From assembly GCA_031256725.1 (NCBI GenBank), contig JAIRQE010000025.1:130098-162097 (forward strand): DNA of 32,000 nucleotides, read 5' to 3'. Below, in pieces: positions 18,350 to 28,727 of this stretch. Made by a program: the position numbers and the translations under genes. The notes under the pieces are model-generated. The model worked only from the letters and a program-made list of their open reading frames with translations. It searched no databases and was not told where the DNA came from. How positions within the stretch are numbered: position 1 is the first letter of the stretch; each line of letters starts with the position of its first letter. Origin of the DNA: Propionibacteriaceae bacterium. GTDB taxonomy: Bacteria > Actinomycetota > Actinomycetes > Propionibacteriales > Propionibacteriaceae.

Positions 18350-18416
18350 AACCAGGGCTAGTGACGCAGAGAGTGACCCCCCCCTCTGCTTAGTGTGACA
18401 AGTCACTTAATGAAGT

Positions 18417-18851
18417 TTAGGCGGGCGAAGAAGACCCAGAAGTACTCGAACCCCCAGAACCTGTCCCAGAAGAACCAGCAGAGCCGGAAGCAGACCCCGT
18501 ACCTCCAGAGGTATCAGAAGCTCCAGCCGCCGATGTACCAGAGCTAGAGGAGGAAGAACTTGAGGAGGTCGTAGTGGACGAACTCGAAGAACCAGAAGAA
18601 CTCGAATCGGTGGAAGTCGACGAACTCGAATCGGAGGTCGCCGGTGTCGCAGGACGTGAGGTGGAACTCTTCGACTTCTTGGAATCGGTGGCGTAGAAAC
18701 CGGAGCCCTTGAAAACGATGCCTACGGGGGAGAAGATCTTCTTGAGTAAGCCCGAGCATTCGGGGCACTCAGTGAGCGTGGGGTCAGCCATACGCTGAAA
18801 GATTTCCAGATCGGCACCACAGGACGTGCAGTGGTACTCATAAATAGGCAT
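18417..18851 (-). CDS. FmdB-family zinc-ribbon protein with long Ser/Thr/Gly-rich tail
   Basis: MPIYEYHCTSCGADLEIFQRMADPTLTECPECSGLLKKIFSPVGIVFKGSGFY is the CxxC...CxxC FmdB signature. The start is set at MPIYEY (18851). Confidence 0.82.
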   Translation of the reverse strand: MPIYEYHCTSCGADLEIFQRMADPTLTECPECSGLLKKIFSPVGIVFKGSGFYATDSKKSKSSTSRPATPATSDSSSSTSTDSSSSGSSSSSTTTSSSSSSSSSGTSAAGASDTSGGTGSASGSAGSSGTGSGGSSTSGSSSPA

Positions 18852-18891
18852 GGATCCTCCGTCTAGCACTCAACGACCGCGACTGCTAATT

Positions 18892-20115
18892 CTACTCATC
18901 CTCACCCAAAGCGCCAAGCGACTTGGCTTCGGTCAATATCTTGAGCTGTTTGGACGCTCCCAATGCGACACTCAGTGCGAGTACTCCACCCACCATGACA
19001 CAGATGAATCCGGCACCATGGCCGAAATGATCGATGAGATACCCGGAGATTGCGGAGCCTATGGAGACCCCGATGCCGATCGCGGTACCTAACCAAGCAA
19101 GTCCCTCCGTCAAGCGAGCCGGCGGTACTAGGTACCCGATCAGGCCGTTAGCGTTGATGAAGGTCGGCGCGATTGAGAAACCAACTATAAACCCGAAGAT
19201 CCCCAAGGTGAGTGGATTCCAGGCGAAGTACAGGATCCAGGCTGTGACTCCTAACAGGGATACACATATAAGGAATCTCTTCCATAAGGGGCTCCTCCAA
19301 CTGCGTGCTCCATAGAGGAATCCACCAATGGCGGAGCCGAGCGACATCACACCGAGGACGATTCCGACTTGTTCGCGAGAATTCCAGGTGGTTGTTGCGG
19401 CAAGGGTGGCAACATCAATGGATCCGAAAAGCGCTCCCATGAGGAAACCGATGGCATCCACGACAGCGATACCGGGCAACAGGATGATGAGTCGGGAGTG
19501 GGAGTGGGAGTGTTCTCGGGTAATGATTGTGGGTTCGGTGGATTTCAGCGAGTAGAAGACTCCCGCGCCTCCAGCGATCATCAGAGCGGGTCCGGCGAGT
19601 CCAGCGGCGGGATGCAGACTTGTAGCAAGCCAGGTCGCAGCCACAGGGCCGATGATGAAGCCGAGTTCATCAAGAGTGGATTCCAAAGAATAAGCAGTAT
19701 GCAGGTCGTGAGCCGAGGAGAGTACATAGTTCCATCGAGCGCGTACCATTGCCCCAGGTGAGCCCTGTGTGAGCCCAGAAATGACAGTGAAGACAAACAG
19801 GGTCCATAACGGAGCATGGAAGACGGCAAGAATGACAACGATAGCCAAGGCCGCAGCAGAGACCAGTGCAGCGGGAAGCATGATCCGGCGTTGCCCAAAG
19901 CGGTCTACGAGATTCGACAAGAAGGCGGTACCAATGGCCCACGCGACTACATCTGCTGCTGTGAGCGCACCAGCAATCCCATAGTTTCCGTAGATCCCGG
20001 AAGCCATCATGAGTATCCCGATCCCCGTCATGGCACCACCGAATCGCGCTATCAATCCGGCTATACAGAATGCTAGCGCTCCAGGTACTTTGAGTACTCT
20101 CACGTAGGCGCGCAC
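18892..20115 (-). CDS. MFS transporter
   Basis: About 12 predicted TM segments, GTG start, and MFS-like loop motifs (DRFGQRR between TM2 and TM3). Confidence 0.8.
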   Translation of the reverse strand: MRAYVRVLKVPGALAFCIAGLIARFGGAMTGIGILMMASGIYGNYGIAGALTAADVVAWAIGTAFLSNLVDRFGQRRIMLPAALVSAAALAIVVILAVFHAPLWTLFVFTVISGLTQGSPGAMVRARWNYVLSSAHDLHTAYSLESTLDELGFIIGPVAATWLATSLHPAAGLAGPALMIAGGAGVFYSLKSTEPTIITREHSHSHSRLIILLPGIAVVDAIGFLMGALFGSIDVATLAATTTWNSREQVGIVLGVMSLGSAIGGFLYGARSWRSPLWKRFLICVSLLGVTAWILYFAWNPLTLGIFGFIVGFSIAPTFINANGLIGYLVPPARLTEGLAWLGTAIGIGVSIGSAISGYLIDHFGHGAGFICVMVGGVLALSVALGASKQLKILTEAKSLGALGEDE

Positions 20116-20619
20116 CGTACAAGCTTGTCATAGACCTGTGTGGACTGCTAGCGCGCATAGTGATGTACCTGATCATTCCCATAGATTGTTTCTTGGGAAG
20201 GCAGGTGATACGACCTCACCATGGGTCGAGAGTGAGCCATATTTGTGTAGTTTTGAGTAAAGAATTGCCGAAGAAAATCGCTCGGTTTTATGAGAATTCG
20301 TGACCATGTGCGAGCAAAACTTAACGAGAAACTACGTAAATTAGATGAGTTCTAAGGAATAACAGGAGGCGATATACCCCAGAAGTACCCCTTGTCATCA
20401 CTAGATTCCCTTATTCATTTGACTGAAACAATAGCTATTGTATGTCTGAGTTATGCGATATTATCATTAATAAAACCCCTTATCAAGGCCATATTTCCCA
20501 CTCTGGATAATAAATACACTAGTGACCTGTACAGTGTCAAGAGCTTTGAGTCTTCTTTTCTTCTGAAGATGGTTGTAGAATTATCATGTCGTCAATCGCT
20601 TAAGAGGGCATAGCTCGTT

Positions 20620-21800
20620 GGGGCTAGATGATTGCCGCAAACGCAAGCCTCTTTCCCAGGGGGGAGATCGGGGTGAGTGTCCAGCCAGAAATGGTATAGG
20701 GAAGTGGCCCTGGTTTCCTCAGGATTGAACGGATGGTTTGATTCAGGAGTTCGCTAGGGCCGCCTTCACTTTCCGAAAAACAACCTCTGACAAGGCTTGC
20801 TTCCCCCAATCCTCATGAAGTATGGTGAAGTGAAGCACCTGATAAATACGCTAAGCAAGCAGATAAGTCAGGGGCCTCCTCCTTCAAGGAATCGGATCTA
20901 ACGGGGTTCGGATACGGAAGAACTGGGAGTCTTTCCGTAGAAAACGAGTCTTTGAAGGTGTTTGTTCTGGGGACAGTGCATGTGAGTCTCACGGGTATAC
21001 CGAGGATTTAGTGTGCCTGTTTATGAGAGGGATGATTGATGAAATTCACCAAACACAAGATTGATTCATCAGACTGTCATCGAATCGGCAACACACGGGT
21101 GTGAGATGACTGATGATCGGTATCTAGTTGGCGGGGAGGCCAACTTATTCCCCCCTGAGTCGTCTGGATGGGACGGCGCAGGCGTACTGGACTCCAGTTC
21201 ACGCATGGAACACTGTCAACCTTATTCAAGGCAGCAGTATTCTATTCAGCCACTCCAGTTTCTCGCGCAAGGGAAAATCCTTGTGACCAGGCAGATTGAG
21301 ACTGGCAACACCTCAACTGAGGTCACAGTGCAAGGATTAGCGATTCAGGTTGCTCGCCCGAGTCGTCATCCCTTGCACCTCCCGATAGTCACCAAGTGGA
21401 GATCTATCCCTGGTGAGACGGTCTATCGAGATGTACCAAGGAAACTGGAAGGCGGCTGTGAGATCGCACAGCGAGGGAGAGGTGAGGATCTCGTTCACCA
21501 CCCATCGGGGGGTTCACCCCCACGTACACACTGCCGTGAGAGGGGAGATCTCCGGATACAGTGTGAGTACCGTCGGGGTAGTTCTGGACGCCCAGAAAAT
21601 CGGTGGTACAGCCAGTCCCGGATCGGGTATAAGTCTGCTCGCCATCTTCGACCCTAGCGCCTCGACCGCGCTGGGTGTACCTCACCGCAAGAGGAGGTAC
21701 CCCAAGGCACTAGGACTCAAGATCGTTTGAGCGATTCGGCTCGAATCCGTTGGGACCGCCCCCACCCTCGCGGGGGCGATCCCACTTTACTTTTTCAGGA
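20620..21800 (+). other. ORF-poor, hairpin-dense region ending in a terminator-like hairpin (candidate large ncRNA or fully decayed locus)
   Basis: No ORF has an SD, a family resemblance or protein-like composition. Many local stems are present, for example 20913-20939, 21126-21145, 21328-21335/21371-21378, 21455-21472, 21507-21521 and 21677-21700. Confidence 0.3.
21757..21796 (+). terminator. Terminator-like hairpin CGCCCCC-(8 nt)-GGGGGCG followed by a T-rich stretch (ctttactttttc)
   Basis: 7-bp GC stem at 21757-21763/21772-21778. The T-rich run is present only on the + strand. Confidence 0.35.
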
Positions 21801-21871
21801 TGGCCCTTTTATTCGTTGGCGTAGTTTCCTGACATCTGCCGGCATTTCCCCTAACGAGGAAGCTAGAAAAG

Positions 21872-21901
21872 TTGACCGTACCCATGGAGGAAGGCTAAAG
21901 T
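21872..21901 (+). promoter_or_regulatory. Candidate str-operon promoter
   Basis: TTGACC (21872-21877), a 17-18 nt spacer, then CTAAAGT. This would give a 5' UTR of about 150 nt before rpsL. Confidence 0.35.
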
Positions 21902-22056
21902 TTGTCCTTGGGTTTGGTGCGACCAGCTCCATGGACGCCTGTCTTCGCTCAGATGTCCACATTACCCACAGCTTTATAGGGTGTCAGCGTTGCCGGTACC
22001 CTACCTCCCGAATCGGGGAGGAAAAACCACGATCGCATAGAAAAGGGAATCCGTAG

Positions 22057-22428
22057 GTGCCTACTATTCAGCAGTTGGTCCGCAAAGGCAGGGCTGACAA
22101 GGTCTCCAAGACGAAGACGCCTGCCCTCAAGGGCTCGCCTCAGCGCCGTGGCGTATGCACACGTGTGTACACCACTACACCCAAGAAGCCGAACTCGGCT
22201 CTCAGAAAGGTCGCTCGTGTGCGTCTTTCATCCGGTGTCGAGGTTACAGCGTACATCCCCGGTGTTGGACACAATCTGCAGGAGCACTCGATGGTGCTCG
22301 TTCGCGGCGGTCGTGTGAAGGATCTTCCTGGCGTACGCTACAAGATCATTCGCGGGGCACTGGATACCCAGGCCGTTAAGAATCGTAAGCAGGCCCGTAG
22401 CCGCTACGGTGCGAAGAAGGAGAAGTAA
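22057..22428 (+). CDS. rpsL: 30S ribosomal protein S12
   Basis: [12 protein letters not shown]...[36 protein letters not shown]; GTG start. Confidence 0.98.
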   Translation: MPTIQQLVRKGRADKVSKTKTPALKGSPQRRGVCTRVYTTTPKKPNSALRKVARVRLSSGVEVTAYIPGVGHNLQEHSMVLVRGGRVKDLPGVRYKIIRGALDTQAVKNRKQARSRYGAKKEK

Positions 22429-22901
22429 TGCCTCGCAAAGGCCCGGCGCCCAAGCGTCCTGTCGTCATCGATCCGGTATACGGATCCCCGTTGGTTTCCC
22501 AACTGGTCTCTAAGATCCTCATCAAGGGTAAGAAGACCGTTGCTCAGAACATCGTCTATACAGCCCTTGAGGGGACTCGAGAGAAGACCGGTGGTGCCGA
22601 TCCCGTGCAAACCTTGAAGCGCGCTCTCGACAATGTTCGCCCAGGTATCGAGGTGAAGTCCCGCCGTGTCGGTGGCGCGACCTACCAGGTTCCTGTTGAG
22701 GTGAAGCCGGCCCGTGCCAACACCTTGGCAATGAGGTGGCTGGTTTCCTTCTCCCGCGCACGTCGTGAGAAGACAATGGCTGAGAGGCTCCGCAATGAGA
22801 TCCTTGACGCCGCTAATGGCTTGGGTGCTTCCGTGAAGCGTCGCGAAGACACCCACAAGATGGCCGAGGCCAACCGCGCCTTTGCCCACTATCGCTGGTA
22901 A
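22428..22901 (+). CDS. rpsG: 30S ribosomal protein S7
   Basis: [36 protein letters not shown]... The ATG overlaps the rpsL TAA by 1 nt (TAATG). Confidence 0.98.
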   Translation: MPRKGPAPKRPVVIDPVYGSPLVSQLVSKILIKGKKTVAQNIVYTALEGTREKTGGADPVQTLKRALDNVRPGIEVKSRRVGGATYQVPVEVKPARANTLAMRWLVSFSRARREKTMAERLRNEILDAANGLGASVKRREDTHKMAEANRAFAHYRW

Positions 22902-22942
22902 GGGATAGTACGCGAAGGGCTTAGCCCCCAGGAATCAGTGAC

Positions 22943-22973
22943 GATACCTCGGATGACAACCATCCGGGGTATC
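22943..22973 (+). promoter_or_regulatory. 13-bp hairpin in the rpsG-fusA spacer
   Basis: GATACCTCGGATG-acaac-CATCCGGGGTATC gives 12 Watson-Crick pairs plus one G.U. It is followed by the palindrome GGGTATATACCC (22985-22996). Confidence 0.5.
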
Positions 22974-23063
22974 TGCGCGGTTAGGGGTATATACCCAGAG
23001 GGTCCCGCCGGTACCACAATTGAATATACCGAAGAATACGACGGCCAGCAGAAGAGGAAGATC

Positions 23064-25172
<2,109 letters not shown>

Positions 25173-25382
25173 CAAAGACTTGTCGTGGACTGTGACTGTA
25201 AAAAGCTCACTTTCCACGTCAACTCATGTTGGTTCATTTGACTAGTGGCCCGACATGGGAAAGACTAGAGGGGTGTGCGCTCTCCTGAAGGAGGGTGCCT
25301 ACCCACAAGCGTGCGTGAGAACCCTCACATACGTCATCCAGTAGCCCCGCACCCGCGTGGCAATACCGAAGAAGGAGCCCAA

Positions 25383-26576
25383 GTGGCAAAGGCCAAGTTC
25401 GAGCGGACTAAGCCGCACTGCAATATCGGCACCATCGGGCATATCGACCACGGCAAGACCACGCTCACCGCGGCGATTACCATGGCGCTTCATGATAAGT
25501 ATCCCGATCTGAACGCTGTTTCCGCGTTCGATCAGATTGATAAGGCGCCGGAAGAGCGCCAGCGGGGTATTACAATCTCGATCGCTCACGTCGAATACCA
25601 GACGGAAGCACGTCACTATGCCCACGTTGACTGCCCAGGTCACGCTGACTATGTCAAGAACATGATCACTGGTGCTGCACAGATGGACGGGGCAATCCTC
25701 GTTGTGGCCGCCACCGACGGCCCTATGCCTCAGACTCGCGAACACGTTCTGCTTGCTCGCCAGGTAGGTGTGCCAGCAATGGTTGTTGCTCTGAACAAGT
25801 GCGACATGGTCGACGACGAAGATCTCATCGAACTCGTTGAGATGGAGGTCCGCGAACTGCTGACCAGCCAGGAGTTTGATGGCGACAACTGCCCAGTCGT
25901 CCGTACCGCTGCATACCCGGCAATGACCGGCGACGCAAAGTGGAAGGAAACCGTTTTGGAGCTCATGCAGGCCGTGGATGACTACATTCCACAGCCTCCT
26001 CGTGAGACCGACAAGCCCTTCCTCATGCCGATCGAAGACGTCTTCACGATCACCGGTCGTGGAACAGTCGTCACCGGTCGTATTGAGCGCGGCATCATCA
26101 AGACTGGCGAGACCGTTGACATCATCGGTATCCGCGAGCAGAAGCAGTCCACCACCATCACTGGTGTGGAAATGTTCCGCAAGATCCTCGACGAGGGTCG
26201 TGCAGGCGAGAACTGCGGTCTCTTGCTCCGTGGTACGAAGAAGGACGAGGTTGAGCGCGGCATGGTCGTGTGCAAGCCAGGTTCTGTGACCCCTCACACT
26301 GAGTTCGAGGGCAACGTTTACGTGCTCACGAAGGAAGAGGGTGGCCGTCACAAGCCGTTCTTCTCCAACTACTCCCCGCAGTTCTATTTCCGTACCACGG
26401 ACGTGACCGGTATGGTCAAGCTCCCTGAGGGTACAGAAATGGTTATGCCTGGTGACACCACTGACATGTCTGTCGTGCTGAACAAGCCGATCGCCATGGA
26501 AGAGGGTCTCAAGTTCGCTATCCGCGAAGGCGGTCGTACCGTCGGCGCTGGTCGCGTAACCAAGATCAACAAGTAA
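25383..26576 (+). CDS. tuf: Elongation factor Tu
   Basis: [33 protein letters not shown]... The GTG start at 25383 is preceded by GAAGGAG. Confidence 0.98.
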   Translation: MAKAKFERTKPHCNIGTIGHIDHGKTTLTAAITMALHDKYPDLNAVSAFDQIDKAPEERQRGITISIAHVEYQTEARHYAHVDCPGHADYVKNMITGAAQMDGAILVVAATDGPMPQTREHVLLARQVGVPAMVVALNKCDMVDDEDLIELVEMEVRELLTSQEFDGDNCPVVRTAAYPAMTGDAKWKETVLELMQAVDDYIPQPPRETDKPFLMPIEDVFTITGRGTVVTGRIERGIIKTGETVDIIGIREQKQSTTITGVEMFRKILDEGRAGENCGLLLRGTKKDEVERGMVVCKPGSVTPHTEFEGNVYVLTKEEGGRHKPFFSNYSPQFYFRTTDVTGMVKLPEGTEMVMPGDTTDMSVVLNKPIAMEEGLKFAIREGGRTVGAGRVTKINK

Positions 26577-26595
26577 TTACACTTGTCCTTAAGGG

Positions 26596-26622
26596 CCCCG
26601 TACTTCGGTACGGGGTCTTTTT
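26596..26622 (+). terminator. Intrinsic terminator of tuf / str operon
   Basis: CCCCGTAC-ttcg-GTACGGGG followed by TCTTTTT. Confidence 0.85.
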
Positions 26623-26930
26623 GCTTGTGTATGAATGTGACAGGTGCTCCAATGTCCTTGACCTTCATCGCCGGTACGGTGTGTGGTTGAGGCACTTCAA
26701 TTCGATGAAGAATCTCTACGGGGCCGTTTTCACTGGTTGGGGCTATTTATGAATAGAGACTGTGGCCGAGTATCTCGTTACCGGCTTCGCGAACTCACTC
26801 ACATTGTTCGCAATGTCTAGGAAATCTCATTATGATCGTGCCCTGGAAAAGCTCACCTCCTTTGGTAGGGGATTTGTATAACCGAGCCTGAAAAGGATTT
26901 TGTTGGTACTGAGTACATGACTTTCCCAAA

Positions 26931-27446
26931 GTGGATAAGAAACTCAAGAGGCGTCTTTTGTACACCGTCGCTACAGCATTGATTGCGGTGGGGTACGTAC
27001 TCTTCTTCTTTGCTCCACGTAACATCGTGATCATTGGGGCTGCTGCTCTTCTGCTCTTTGTTGGGTGTGCCTTCGTGACCGTACTCATGCTCGTCTTCAT
27101 CTCCGACACTATCGACTATGGGCATTGGAAACTGGGCCGTCGAAATACGGCCATCACCTTCGCTCTTCAACCCTTTATTAACAAGGTTGGTGCAGCGCTT
27201 GCGGCACAAATTGTTGCCATTACACTCATCGTGACGGGTATTAATGAAGCGAAAACCCCTGATGATGTGACCGAGCAGGGTCTTTTTACTATGAGAATAG
27301 TAATGATGGGTCTCCCGTTGCTATTAACGGTCGTGGGCTATTGCTTGTACCGTTGGAAGTATAGGATTGACGAGAGCTTCCATGCAGAGATTCTTACCGA
27401 CTTAAGACACAGGGGCCAGTTGGTGGATGAGGGTAATGTGGAGTAA
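26931..27446 (+). pseudogene. 3' remnant of a GPH-family (MelB/YicJ-like) sugar:cation symporter
   Basis: The 171 aa align with only the C-terminal third of MelB-type carriers (SDTIDYGHWKLGRRNTAITFALQPFINKVGAALA versus [34 protein letters not shown], and the ...YRWKYRIDESFHAEIL tail). The roughly 270 N-terminal codons are missing. Frames at 26700-26930 show only short TM-like scraps interrupted by stops. Confidence 0.65.
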
Positions 27447-27475
27447 GCAGAAGAGCCAGCCGAGGAGAGGAATTG

Positions 27476-28486
27476 ATGGCCATATCTGATCCGATGACAG
27501 CACCGGGGTTGCGCTGGGGAGTTTTAGCGCCCGGTGGGATCGCCCATCGTTTTGCTCACGAAATTCCCAAGTTCACTCGCTCGCAAATCGTAGCTGTAGG
27601 TTCGCGTGATCTGGGTCGTGCCCAGAAGTTCGTGGAGACCACTCAGATTGGTGGGGGAGTACGCCCCTACGGTTCCTATGAGGGACTCGTTGCCGATCCG
27701 GGGGTTGAGGCCGTCTACATTGCGAGTCCCCATTCCGAGCATTACGCCCATGCCCGACTCGCTTTGGAAGCCGGCAAACATATCCTTGTGGAGAAGTCAT
27801 TCACCCTGAATGCGGCCCAAGCCCAAACGATTTTCATGATGGCTGCTCAGAGGAGGCTCTTCGTGATGGAGGCCATGTGGAGTCGATTCCTGCCCCACTA
27901 TCAGGTCCTTCGCGAGATCGTCGCCTCCGGTGAGATCGGTCAGGTGAATTCGATCGTTGGGGTACATGCGCAGTCGCTCAACATGGATCCCCACTGGCGT
28001 TTGATGAACCCAGCCCTAGGTGGTGGAGCCCTTCTCGACCTTGGAGTCTATCCACTGTCGTTGATTCATTGGCTGTGGGGGCTGCCTCAAAGAATCAAGG
28101 TGACAGGGGCCCTGACCTCAACAGGGGTTGATCTTCGCGAATCTATCTCTATGTGGTACGGTGATCGTTTAGCAGTTGCCTATGCTGACATGGGTGCTGC
28201 GGGAAAGAATTCTCTACAGATCGTGGGCAGCAATGGGCGCCTCGAAATCCCGGATTGGTTCTACACCCCACAGAACCTCGTTGTCACCAGTGGTACAGGC
28301 CAGCAAAGGGTCGTAGCAACACGGGTGGAAGGCGGATTCCAGTACCAGGTGGCTGAGATGGCTCGATGTCTTGCTGCCGGAATGTACGAATCCCCCATCA
28401 TGTCGTGGGCACACACTGTCGAAGTGATGCAGCTCATGGATGAGGTACGACGCCAACTCGGGGTTGTGTACCCCATCGAACGTTAA
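27476..28486 (+). CDS. Gfo/Idh/MocA-family NAD(P)-dependent oxidoreductase
   Basis: LRWGVLAPGGIAHRFA (Rossmann GxGxxA-type), VYIASPHSEHYAHARLALEAGKHILVEKSF (EKP-like motif). ATG 27476 follows GAGGAGAGG. Confidence 0.82.
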   Translation: MAISDPMTAPGLRWGVLAPGGIAHRFAHEIPKFTRSQIVAVGSRDLGRAQKFVETTQIGGGVRPYGSYEGLVADPGVEAVYIASPHSEHYAHARLALEAGKHILVEKSFTLNAAQAQTIFMMAAQRRLFVMEAMWSRFLPHYQVLREIVASGEIGQVNSIVGVHAQSLNMDPHWRLMNPALGGGALLDLGVYPLSLIHWLWGLPQRIKVTGALTSTGVDLRESISMWYGDRLAVAYADMGAAGKNSLQIVGSNGRLEIPDWFYTPQNLVVTSGTGQQRVVATRVEGGFQYQVAEMARCLAAGMYESPIMSWAHTVEVMQLMDEVRRQLGVVYPIER

Positions 28487-28501
28487 CTCTGTTCATCACG
28501 G

Positions 28502-28577
28502 TGCGGAGAATGCCTAGAGTAATCTCCGCAGATTATGCGGAGATTAGGCTTAGGTAATCTCAGTCACTAGGCTTTTT
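28502..28577 (+). terminator. Structured intergenic element with mutually exclusive hairpins, ending in CTAGGC-TTTTT
   Basis: Segment B AATCTCCGCA (28521-28530) can pair with C TGCGGAGATT (28536-28545, 10 bp) or with A TGCGGAGA (28502-28509, 8 bp). An outer stem GCCTAG (28512-28517)/CTAGGC (28567-28572) is followed by T5. Confidence 0.4.
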
Positions 28578-28727
28578 ATCGTGATATGTACCGTGGTGCT
28601 GGGACTGCTGTGGACGTGCAATGGGTGCACGGAATGGCGAGCAGAAAACGTAATGCAAAACATCTCCAAAAATGTCCGGGGTGGGTTATAGTCTTGGATT
28701 GCGATAATGATATAGAGAGGATCTCCG

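Noticed and set aside
20620-21800. tmRNA, RNase P RNA or group II intron in the ORF-poor region
   Set aside because: The signature motifs are missing. There is no GAGGAAAGTCC/ACAGAACCCGGCTTA (RNase P). There is no GGGG… 5' end pairing with a …TCCACCA 3' end and no tag-peptide reading frame (tmRNA). There is no GTGYG 5' end with a domain V hairpin or an RT ORF (group II intron).
21061-22056. Three consecutive + strand ORFs (198, 105, 109 aa) upstream of rpsL as possible protein genes
   Set aside because: They overlap each other in different frames, lack SD sequences, and are Arg/Gly/Ser/Pro/His-rich without hydrophobic periodicity or recognisable motifs. The last one is merely the open frame in front of the rpsL GTG. 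The region is reported instead as a non-coding or decayed candidate.
22938-23063. N-terminal extensions offered by the ORF track for fusA (22938), tuf (25275), groEL (4198), the NCS2 permease (12624), ideR (14897), FmdB (18869) and Phd (30485)
   Set aside because: In each case a downstream start coincides with the conserved family N-terminus. For all except the NCS2 permease and the Phd antitoxin (SD-less, with TATAAT 7 nt upstream), it is also preceded by an SD-like purine run or is the conserved initiator Met. The extensions are non-conserved and cover structured intergenic RNA.
28542-28562. IdeR/DtxR iron-box-like sequence TTAGGCTTAGGTAATCTCA upstream of the 348-aa gene
   Set aside because: Only about 13 of 19 matches to TTAGGTTAGGCTAACCTAA, with poor dyad symmetry. 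I also found no convincing iron box in the ideR divergent promoter region (14853-14938).
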